From a virus (lineage: Duplodnaviria > Caudoviricetes): a stretch of DNA of 34,178 bases. Numbering within the stretch: position 1 is the stretch's first letter; every line of letters starts with the position of its first letter. The stretch spans positions 1-34,178 of IMG/VR virus record IMGVR_UViG_3300043908_002748. The stretch is one strand, 5' to 3'. The position numbers and the translations under genes were made by a program. Below the pieces are notes generated by a model. It was not told the origin of the DNA and did no database searches. It worked only from the letters and a program-made list of their open reading frames with translations. This document shows, in pieces, positions 26,269 to 33,866 of the stretch.

Positions 26269-26502
26269 TTAGTCCTCCTGGTCGTGGTAAGTATCGAGCA
26301 CAGACTGCAAATCGCTCTGCAGTGACACCAGAGCGGTGAGCATGGAATCGACTTCGAGAAACAGGTCTTGCTGCTCCTCGTTCCGCGACATTACATCCAG
26401 CACCCGGTAGGCGTCATCGATCAGATCCATTGCTGTGTCGATGGGCGAAGACGCTGCTGCCAGTTTCTGCAGAGCTGATTTTTGTTGAGCTATGTTTGTC
26501 AT
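26269..26502 (-). CDS. Hypothetical early protein (acidic, helical)
   Basis: MTNIAQQKSALQKL...; GAGGA RBS and ATGA overlap at 26502. Confidence 0.7.
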   Translation of the reverse strand: MTNIAQQKSALQKLAAASSPIDTAMDLIDDAYRVLDVMSRNEEQQDLFLEVDSMLTALVSLQSDLQSVLDTYHDQED

Positions 26503-26678
26503 TTGCGCTTCCTCTTCTGTTTCATAACCATCTTGGCCGCTTCGAGCCGCAGCTCCTCCTCGCTGGTATTGCACCAGCGTCCAAAGCTCAGGGCTTTGAC
26601 CATTGCCTTGAGCTCCCACAGTGGGCGGCGCTTGAGCCGCTCCACCTCTTTGTCGATGTCAAACACGGTGATCGCCAT
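26499..26678 (-). CDS. Hypothetical early protein (59 aa)
   Basis: Not in ORF track. MAITVFDIDKEVERLKRRPLWELKAMVKALSFGRWCNTSEEELRLEAAK...; coupled at both ends. Confidence 0.75.
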   Translation of the reverse strand: MAITVFDIDKEVERLKRRPLWELKAMVKALSFGRWCNTSEEELRLEAAKMVMKQKRKRK

Positions 26679-26956
26679 CAGACCACCATCGCTTTCGCCA
26701 TCTTGGCTGCCGTCATCAAGCCAAGGGCGAAGCCCTTTTTCCAGGCAGGGTGGTCAGCCACGCCCCCGTACTCGCATGTCTCAGGGAACATCTCGACCGG
26801 CGTCATGCCAAAGGCGATGATGCCCTTCTGCTGATCGGTCGCTTTGGCGTATGCCTCGATCCCGCTGATCTTGCCCAAGCTCTGCTGGTGCTCGAGCTCG
26901 TCGTGGTAGAGCCGAGCGTCCCGCGCGCGTTGTTCTTCTTTGGTCATCACTGTCAT
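26678..26956 (-). CDS. Hypothetical early protein
   Basis: 92 aa, AGGAGG RBS. Confidence 0.75.
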   Translation of the reverse strand: MTVMTKEEQRARDARLYHDELEHQQSLGKISGIEAYAKATDQQKGIIAFGMTPVEMFPETCEYGGVADHPAWKKGFALGLMTAAKMAKAMVV

Positions 26957-26967
26957 GTCAGTCCTCC

Positions 26968-27327
26968 TCAGTGTTCGACACGGTCATGGATAGGCACGGC
27001 GCCGTAGAACGTGGCGCCCGTGATCTTCTCGACAGCCTCGGTGAACCGGCTGTCGCTGGTGCCGGCGTAGTTACCGCCGAACATGGTCCAGGTCTTGTTG
27101 GTGTACTCGTCATGCGGCACGATCTTGGCGCTGCCTCCCACGTTGCCAGGCACAAGCCAGGCTGCTGGCCGCGTGGGCGTGGGATCAAACGGGCCATCGA
27201 CGTTGACCAGCGTGAGCTTGTGGACGCCGGTCTCGCAGTTAGTGACCCCGCCGTTGGTGCAGTCAGTCACCTCGAGAAAGTCGTCGTTCTCTCGGAAACT
27301 GCGGTAGACATCAACAATTATTCCCAT
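26968..27327 (-). CDS. Conserved phage protein of unknown function
   Basis: AGGAG RBS; DCTNGGVT...GPF.P...MFGGNY..TSDSRF...AVPIHDRVE is a pattern I recognise from other phages. Confidence 0.8.
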   Translation of the reverse strand: MGIIVDVYRSFRENDDFLEVTDCTNGGVTNCETGVHKLTLVNVDGPFDPTPTRPAAWLVPGNVGGSAKIVPHDEYTNKTWTMFGGNYAGTSDSRFTEAVEKITGATFYGAVPIHDRVEH

Positions 27328-27337
27328 GTCGCTTCTC

Positions 27338-27565
27338 CTAAGCTCTGACAAGCTCACGGTCGCCAGCTGGGAGCTCGTCCCACATGGCGCGCCGCATCTT
27401 GAATTTGACGTTGGTGATCGGTGTGCAGCACCTGACCCACTTGTGGCCAACGATGGCCCACATGAGCCTGAGCCCTGCAGCACCAGCTGGCGCCTTCATG
27501 CCCAGGTAGACCTTGAACAGCTTGGCTGTCTTCCAGGTCTTGCCTGTTGGTCGCTTGGTCTTCAT
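27338..27565 (-). CDS. Hypothetical early protein (basic)
   Basis: 75 aa, AGGAGG RBS. Confidence 0.75.
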   Translation of the reverse strand: MKTKRPTGKTWKTAKLFKVYLGMKAPAGAAGLRLMWAIVGHKWVRCCTPITNVKFKMRRAMWDELPAGDRELVRA

Positions 27566-27573
27566 CAGTCCTC

Positions 27574-27813
27574 CTACTTTGTTGTTGGGATCTCAGCATC
27601 TGCCCAGGTCTTGCCCCGAGCCTTCGCGGCCAGGCTGTACTGCTTGCCAGGCTCGGGCTTGTCCTCGGTCTTGGGCTTGGGCTGCCAGGGCACCAGGTAG
27701 GTGATGCCTGTCAGAGCCCCGTAGATCTCGATGATGACTTCGAGGTCATGCTTGTCGCGGTAGGCGACAGCCTCCTCCCAGATCTTGAAACGCTTGCCTT
27801 CTCGTCTTGCCAT
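27574..27813 (-). CDS. Hypothetical early protein
   Basis: MARREGKRFKIW...; AGGAGG RBS before ATG 27813. Confidence 0.7.
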   Translation of the reverse strand: MARREGKRFKIWEEAVAYRDKHDLEVIIEIYGALTGITYLVPWQPKPKTEDKPEPGKQYSLAAKARGKTWADAEIPTTK

Positions 27814-27824
27814 CGGCAGTCCTC

Positions 27825-27917
27825 CTATGTAGCCAGTGCCAAAAGTAAAGGGCCGCCCAAGGTGCAAACCCCGGCGACCCACATAAAGATCACTTCGACA
27901 GTCATTTCGTCAGTCAA
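27825..27917 (-). CDS. 30-aa hydrophobic peptide
   Basis: Not in ORF track. AAAGGAG RBS, TTG start, MTDEMTVEVIFMWVAGVCTLGGPLLLALAT*. Confidence 0.55.
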   Translation of the reverse strand: MTDEMTVEVIFMWVAGVCTLGGPLLLALAT

Positions 27918-27937
27918 TCGAATCTCCTTTCACCTTG

Positions 27938-27966
27938 AATATAAGCACTGTGGCATCATTTGCCAA
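27938..27966 (-). promoter_or_regulatory. Leftward promoter of the small early gene cluster with operator
   Basis: Minus strand TTGGCA-17bp-TATATT; operator GTGGCA-N5-TGCCAA at 27950-27966. Confidence 0.75.
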
Positions 27967-27993
27967 GGGCCTTGACGTGAAAATCGACAGGGC

Positions 27994-28022
27994 TTGCACG
28001 ATTGTCGTGAAAAGCGTACAGT
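27994..28022 (+). promoter_or_regulatory. Candidate late promoter
   Basis: TTGCAC-17bp-TACAGT upstream of terS. Confidence 0.5.
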
Positions 28023-28075
28023 CTTTGCCAAGCTCGAGTTTTGCTCCCTGCAGCTCGAGCCCTTCCTCCTTCCCT

Positions 28076-28112
28076 TGGGGCCAGGTTCGCAACAGCCTGG
28101 CCTCATTTCTTT
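28076..28112 (+). terminator. Terminator-like hairpin in the terS leader
   Basis: TGGGGCCAGG...CCTGGCCTCA stem followed by TTTCTTT. Confidence 0.55.
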
Positions 28113-28121
28113 GGGGGCCGT

Positions 28122-28532
28122 ATGGCTAAGCGTAAGGTTACAAAGCAGCAGCTCCAGGAGATCTGTGACCGCATTGCGGAAGGCGAAAGCCTGACCAGGA
28201 TCTGCAACCACAGCGAACATCTGCCGAGCTGGCGGACCATGCTGCGCTATGTCCAGGACAACGAGGATGCCTACAGCGCATATCGAAGGGCCAGGGCTCT
28301 GCAGTGCGAGGTCATGCGTGACCAGATCCTTGACCTGGTCGAGGCTGAGCTGCCGACAGATCCAAAGCTGGCTATGGCTGAGGTGCAGCGTCGTCGCCTC
28401 GAGGCTGACCACAAGGACAAGCACATAAGGCAGATGCAGCCGCTCGGGATCAGAGACAAGGCAGACGACAAGCAGCAGACCAGCGGGGCGATCACGCTGA
28501 GCTGGCAAGGCGGGGCCGTTACTGCGGGGTGA
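28122..28532 (+). CDS. terS: Terminase small subunit
   Basis: EICDRIAEGESLTRIC...LPSWRT...Y.RAR HTH pattern (Sf6 gp1-like); upstream of terL. Confidence 0.85.
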   Translation: MAKRKVTKQQLQEICDRIAEGESLTRICNHSEHLPSWRTMLRYVQDNEDAYSAYRRARALQCEVMRDQILDLVEAELPTDPKLAMAEVQRRRLEADHKDKHIRQMQPLGIRDKADDKQQTSGAITLSWQGGAVTAG

Positions 28533-28935
28533 GCAGTGTAGTGTCCTGGCTGCGTGGCAGGGCTCGCGCGCACGAGGCAGACCAGGCATGTCAACCAAGT
28601 TTCAGTTTACTCAGCGCAGCTCAGTGACCGAGCAGTGACCGAGCGGGCTGTGATGCCCGGCTCTGCTAGGTTTGGGCGCGGGATCGGCTCCCGCACCGGG
28701 GGCTTTGCCTGGCAGCCGAGGACCCCCACCACCCCCAGACCCGGCCGCCGGATCTATATACATATATAGCCTGACAGGAGCCTGTCTCTCGCATGGACAT
28801 AGACCTGACCCGCCCCGTAATTTACGCAGCCGATTGCGCGCCATGTGAGCTTTGCGGAGAGCCTGTGTGCCCACGTTGCCTGGAGCACTACGCCGAGTGT
28901 CCTTGCTCCGGCCCTGACAGCTCTGACGACGATTG

Positions 28936-30216
28936 ATGCAGATCGAGATCCCCTACGCTCCCAGGCCACTGCAGGGCCAGCTCCACGGCGAGCTCTCGAG
29001 CAAGCGCTGGGGCGTCGTTGTATGTCATCGGCGCTTTGGCAAGACGGTCATGGCGATCAACCATCTGCTGAGGGATGCGATCCTGTGCGCTGAGTCTAAT
29101 CCGAGGTATGCGTACATTGCGCCCACATATCGCCAGGCCAAAGCTGTTGCCTGGGATTATCTCAAGCAGTTTGCTGGTGCGGTGCCTATGGTGCGCTTCC
29201 ATGAGACCGAGCTGCGAGCGGATCTGCCGAATGGTGCGAGGATCCAGCTGTTGGGTGCTGAGAACCCTGACAGTCTTCGGGGGATTTACCTGGACGGGGC
29301 TGTCCTGGACGAGATGGCGGATATGCCGGAGAGTTTGTTTCCTGAGATCATCAGGCCGGCTCTGAGCGACCGCAAGGGCTGGGCGCTGTTCATTGGTACA
29401 CCCAGGGGCCACAACGCCTTCTATGAGCTTTATACGGCTGCTGAGGGGCAGTCTGATTGGCACACAGCGATCTATCGGGCGAGTGAGACCGGGATCCTTG
29501 ATGATGAGGAGCTCGAGGCAGCCAGGTCGATGATGACGGCTGACCAGTATGCTCAGGAGTATGAGTGCTCTTGGGTGGCGAATGTACCGGGGGCTGTTTT
29601 TGGCAAGGAGATGCAGGAGGCTCATGAGAAGGGCCGCATTGGTTCGGTCCCTTACGACCCGAGCTGCAGGGTGGATACCTGGTGGGATCTTGGTGTTGGC
29701 GACTCGACTGCGATCTGGTTCACGCAGTCTGTCGGCAGGGCGATCCACGTCATAGATTTTTACGAGAACAGGGGGGAGGGCCTTCCGCATTACGCGAAGG
29801 TTCTCCAGGAGAAGGACTATTTTTACGGCACCCACAACGCGCCGCACGATATTGAGGTCCGCGAGCTGGGCTCTGGCAAGAGCCGCCGCGAGACTGCCTG
29901 GGATCTAGGAATAAATTTTAGGGTAGTTCCGAAGCTGCCGCTCGAGGATGGGCTCCATGCCGCACAGATGCTGATCCCTCGGTGCTGGTTTGATTCAGAG
30001 CTCACCAAGCCGGGGCTCGAGGCGCTCAGGCAGTATCACCGGGCCTACAATGAGCGGCTTCGCAGCTTTAGGAACACGCCTGTCCATGACTGGTCGAGCC
30101 ATGCTGCGGATGCTTTCCGCTATCTGGCGGTAGGGCTACGCGAGAACAACTGGTCAGACCGGCCGCCACAGATCATGGCCGACAGTAAGTACAACCCACT
30201 GGGGATGAGCTTGTAA
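28936..30216 (+). CDS. terL: Terminase large subunit
   Basis: Walker A HRRFGKT, LRGIYLDGAVLDE, IGTPRG, nuclease WDLG and SHAADAFRY. Confidence 0.96.
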   Translation: MQIEIPYAPRPLQGQLHGELSSKRWGVVVCHRRFGKTVMAINHLLRDAILCAESNPRYAYIAPTYRQAKAVAWDYLKQFAGAVPMVRFHETELRADLPNGARIQLLGAENPDSLRGIYLDGAVLDEMADMPESLFPEIIRPALSDRKGWALFIGTPRGHNAFYELYTAAEGQSDWHTAIYRASETGILDDEELEAARSMMTADQYAQEYECSWVANVPGAVFGKEMQEAHEKGRIGSVPYDPSCRVDTWWDLGVGDSTAIWFTQSVGRAIHVIDFYENRGEGLPHYAKVLQEKDYFYGTHNAPHDIEVRELGSGKSRRETAWDLGINFRVVPKLPLEDGLHAAQMLIPRCWFDSELTKPGLEALRQYHRAYNERLRSFRNTPVHDWSSHAADAFRYLAVGLRENNWSDRPPQIMADSKYNPLGMSL

Positions 30217-30461
30217 TGGGATTTTTAAGACCAAAGGTTCCAACACCTCCACCGCCTCCGCCGCCACCTCCGCCGCCCGTGGTCCCTGAGCCGACTGTCA
30301 GGCCGAATGACCCTGTCGAGGTTGCAAAGCGCAGGGCCAAGGATCCGAAGGCTGTGAGCCGGGCTAAGACCGTCAAGACCAGTGCGCGCGGCGTCATTGA
30401 GGATGCACCCCTGGAATATGCCAGCCTGATGGGCAAGGCGAAGAAGAAGGAGGCCAGCTGA
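30216..30461 (+). CDS. Small proline-rich protein
   Basis: 81 aa with a poly-Pro run; lies between terL and portal. Confidence 0.75.
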   Translation: MGFLRPKVPTPPPPPPPPPPPVVPEPTVRPNDPVEVAKRRAKDPKAVSRAKTVKTSARGVIEDAPLEYASLMGKAKKKEAS

Positions 30462-31057
30462 TGGGCGGCCCGGTAGCAGAAGACAGCGGACGCGATAACC
30501 GCGCGGCTGTCAATCAGGTCGCAGCCAGGCAGCGTCGAGCTGAGGCGAATCGCTTGCCAGGAACCCTGGGAGCCATCCAGGGCGCCATAGGTGACATGAA
30601 CCGCCGGAATATTACACGAGGCCTGGAGCTCGGCGGCGAGGCTGTCAGGGATGATCGCGGCCAGGTTGTCGGCGTCATCAACACCAACAGGATGGGCGCC
30701 AGGGTTTATTCAGGCCGAGGAGAGTTCAACCCGTTTGCGCCACCCGATATGAGCAGCGACAACGATCAGCCGAGAGCAGCATCAGCTGCAGCTCCGCCTC
30801 CAGCAGCTCCGCCGCCCGCTAGTGCGCCGCCTTCATCTCCCGGCGGAGGCGCGCCAGGCTCCTCCGGCCCGGCCGCGCCGGCGGCGGACCCTGTTCAGCC
30901 TCGCTCGGTTGTCAGGGGCGCCACAGAGACCGCAGCCGCAGCCAGGGGCAGATCTAGCCCCTACAGGCAGGGCAGACGTACCAGGAGCATCCTGACGAGC
31001 TCACGCGGCGTCCTGGGCGCTGCGCCAACAGAAAAGAAACAGCTTCTAGGGAGCTAA
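30461..31057 (+). CDS. Pro/Ala-rich protein preceding the portal
   Basis: 198 aa ending RSILTSSRGV...KKQLLG, a tail typical of the pre-portal gene in this phage group. Confidence 0.75.
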   Translation: MGGPVAEDSGRDNRAAVNQVAARQRRAEANRLPGTLGAIQGAIGDMNRRNITRGLELGGEAVRDDRGQVVGVINTNRMGARVYSGRGEFNPFAPPDMSSDNDQPRAASAAAPPPAAPPPASAPPSSPGGGAPGSSGPAAPAADPVQPRSVVRGATETAAAARGRSSPYRQGRRTRSILTSSRGVLGAAPTEKKQLLGS

Positions 31058-31058
31058 C

Positions 31059-32663
31059 ATGGCCGTGGATGACAACGCAGCCATGCTGCTGAAACGCTTT
31101 GGCAGCCTGGAAAACCAGCGCCAAACCTGGGAAAGCCACTGGCAAGAGATTGCTGATTACGTCGTGCCGCGCAAGGCAGACGTGACAAAGGTCAGATCTC
31201 CTGGTGACAAGCGCTCCGAGCTGATCTTCGACGGCACCGCCATCCATGCGGCCGAGCTGCTCAGCGCCTCGCTGCACGGGATGCTGACCAACGCCTCGAC
31301 CAGCTGGTTCTCGCTTAGCTTTGGCGACCGTGAGCTCGATGGCGATGACGAAGCCAGGGAGTGGCTGCAGTCTGTCGAAGACGTGATGTATAACAGCTTC
31401 AATCGCTCCAACTTCCAGGAGCAGATCCACGAGCTGTATCACGATCTGATTACATTCGGCACGGCCGTCATGTTCGTTGAGGCAGATGATGATTTCTCTC
31501 TGCGCTTTTCGACCAGGCACATATCCGAGTGCTATCTTTCAGAAGACCAGAATGGCCGCGTCGATACCGTCTATCGCAAGTTCAAGATGCCGGCGAGGGC
31601 CGTGATGGCGCGCTTTGGCGCTGAGAACGTCAGCCCGAAGATGCTGAAAAAAGCCGACACAGATCCTTATCAGATGATGACCCTGATCCACGCCGTCTAT
31701 AAGCGCGACGAGCGGGACGTGACCAAGGTGGACAGCCAGAACAAGCCTATCGCGTCGGTCTATCTGGATCCCGAGGAGAAGATCATCATCAGCGAAGGGG
31801 GCTTTGATGAGTTCCCATATATGGCACCCAGGTTCCTCAAGAGCTCTTTCGAGATCGGATACGGCCGCAGCCCGAGCATGACAGCCCTGGCTGACATCAA
31901 GATGCTGAACAAGATGTCCGAGGTGACGATCCGCGCTGCACAGAAACAGGTGGATCCGCCGCTCCTGGTGCCAGACGACGGCTTCATCCTGCCGGTCAGG
32001 ACCGTGCCAGGCGGCCTCAATTTCTATCGCAGCGGGACACGCGACCGCATCGAACCACTAAATATAGGGGCTAATAACCCTCTGGGCCTCAACATGGAGG
32101 AACAGCGCCGCCAGGCAATAAGGGCAGCCTTCTATGTCGATCAGCTGATCCTGGGCCAGGGACCGCAGATGACCGCCACCGAGGTTGTGCAGCGGACAGA
32201 AGAGAAGATGCGCCTCCTGGGCCCGGTCATGGGCCGGATGCAAGCCGAGCTGCTGCAGCCGCTTATCAGCAGGACCTACAACATCCTGGCCAGAAACAAG
32301 GCCTTTGCGCCGGCACCGGAGTTCATGCGCGACAGAAACATCGAGATCGAATATGTGAGCCCACTGGCCAAAGCACAGCGCCAGGGCGACATCCAGGCGC
32401 TGACCAGGCTGCTCGAGCTAATGATGCCGCTCACCCAGATTGACCCGTCCATCATGGACTACATCGACACAGACGGCGTCTCGAAGCACATCATCAAGGT
32501 GCTCGGCATCCCGGCAACAGCCATCAAGGGCGACCAGCAAGTTACCCAGGAACGCCAGCAGCGCGCCCAGGCACAGCAAGCCCAGGCTCAGCAGCAGCAG
32601 CTGACCGAGCAAGCCCAGGCAGCTGGGGCAGCGGCGCCGTTTATTGAGGCGACCAAGCAATGA
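31059..32663 (+). CDS. Portal (head-to-tail connector, T7 gp8/BPP-1-like)
   Basis: 534 aa. YGRSP, MTATEV, RLLGPV, IEYVSPLAKAQ motifs. Confidence 0.95.
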   Translation: MAVDDNAAMLLKRFGSLENQRQTWESHWQEIADYVVPRKADVTKVRSPGDKRSELIFDGTAIHAAELLSASLHGMLTNASTSWFSLSFGDRELDGDDEAREWLQSVEDVMYNSFNRSNFQEQIHELYHDLITFGTAVMFVEADDDFSLRFSTRHISECYLSEDQNGRVDTVYRKFKMPARAVMARFGAENVSPKMLKKADTDPYQMMTLIHAVYKRDERDVTKVDSQNKPIASVYLDPEEKIIISEGGFDEFPYMAPRFLKSSFEIGYGRSPSMTALADIKMLNKMSEVTIRAAQKQVDPPLLVPDDGFILPVRTVPGGLNFYRSGTRDRIEPLNIGANNPLGLNMEEQRRQAIRAAFYVDQLILGQGPQMTATEVVQRTEEKMRLLGPVMGRMQAELLQPLISRTYNILARNKAFAPAPEFMRDRNIEIEYVSPLAKAQRQGDIQALTRLLELMMPLTQIDPSIMDYIDTDGVSKHIIKVLGIPATAIKGDQQVTQERQQRAQAQQAQAQQQQLTEQAQAAGAAAPFIEATKQ

Positions 32664-32884
32664 CGCCGGAAGATACCAGGGAGCTCTACAAGGAGGTCTT
32701 CACGTCAGTTCAAGGGGAGCGGATCCTCGAGGATCTGGGCGTGAGGTTTTGTGAACATTCTTCAACCTTCTCTGTAGATCCCAACGAAACAGCCTACCGT
32801 GAGGGGCAGCGCACGGTGGTTCTGTTCATCAAGTCGATGCTGCGCGACCATAAACAGCTAGAGGAAATGGCACAGAATGAGTGA
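32660..32884 (+). CDS. Small head-associated protein (BPP-1 Bbp19-like)
   Basis: YKEVFTSVQGERILEDL...TAYREGQRTVV. Confidence 0.8.
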   Translation: MTPEDTRELYKEVFTSVQGERILEDLGVRFCEHSSTFSVDPNETAYREGQRTVVLFIKSMLRDHKQLEEMAQNE

Positions 32885-33707
32885 AGAACAGGTAGCGGAG
32901 GTCTCCACCGAGGAGGTAGCCCCGTCTGGCACCAGCGAAGACTGGCGCTCAATGATCCCCGAGGAGATCCGGGATCACAAATCACTTTTAACCATCCAGG
33001 ATGTTGGTAGCCTGGCGAAGGGCTTTGTCCACGCACAATCCATGATCGGCGCTGACAAGATTGCGCTTCCAGGTAAATCGTCCACTGCTGACGATTGGAA
33101 CGCCGTCTACAGCAAGCTCGGGCGTCCAGAGGACCCTAGCGGCTACCAGATCAACTACACCCCTCCAGAGGGCGTCCAGCCGGACGACGGGGTGGTTCAG
33201 TGGTTTATGGGCGTGGCCCATGAGGCCGGGCTCAACAACGCCCAGGCGCAGACGATCATGGACGCTTATGGCGGACGGCTCGGCGAGCTCGTCGGACAGG
33301 ACCAGGCACATAGCGAGCAGATCCAGGCAGACACAGAGCTCGAGCTCAAGCGCGAGTGGGGCGAGGCCTATGACGATCAGCTGGGCCTGGCCAACGCAGC
33401 GCTCGAGACTTTCGGTGAGCTTGACTTTGCAGAGACACCCATGCCGGACGGCACGATGCTGGGCGACAACCCGTCCTTCATCCGATTCCTGGCAAACATC
33501 GGATCTTTCATCCATGAGAAAGTGTCGGAGGACACGCTCGAAGGGGTGAAGATGACAGGCGGACAGACGCCTGACGAAATGCGTGAAGAGCTGGCTCAGC
33601 TGCGCGCACCTGGCACCCCGTACTGGGACAACAGGCATCCAGAGCACGACTTCCAGGTGAGGAGGGCTTACGAGATCGAAGAGAAGATCGCAGCCATCTC
33701 TGCCTAG
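32877..33707 (+). CDS. Capsid scaffolding protein
   Basis: 276 aa, acidic. KLGRPE, GLNNAQAQ, LKREWG motifs; between portal and capsid. Confidence 0.85.
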   Translation: MSEEQVAEVSTEEVAPSGTSEDWRSMIPEEIRDHKSLLTIQDVGSLAKGFVHAQSMIGADKIALPGKSSTADDWNAVYSKLGRPEDPSGYQINYTPPEGVQPDDGVVQWFMGVAHEAGLNNAQAQTIMDAYGGRLGELVGQDQAHSEQIQADTELELKREWGEAYDDQLGLANAALETFGELDFAETPMPDGTMLGDNPSFIRFLANIGSFIHEKVSEDTLEGVKMTGGQTPDEMREELAQLRAPGTPYWDNRHPEHDFQVRRAYEIEEKIAAISA

Positions 33708-33866
33708 TCTGTAACGCAGGACAAGCTCCGGCCCCTGCAAACACAGACACAAAAACCAGGACAAGCCCCAGGCCCCTGGCGGACGCAGCCGTAAACTGTA
33801 CGAACCTTTCGTCCGGCGGTCGCCGGGTAGCGAGCAATCAAAACGCTAGTGTGAAAGGAGAGCAAC

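Noticed and set aside
30244-30278. CC(G/A/T) microsatellite as a phase-variation tract
   Set aside because: It is an in-frame poly-Pro run with mixed codons, consistent with protein-level selection.
33716-33779. Mini CRISPR array
   Set aside because: Only two imperfect ~23-bp units with a 17-bp spacer and no cas operon; they fit RNA hairpins instead.
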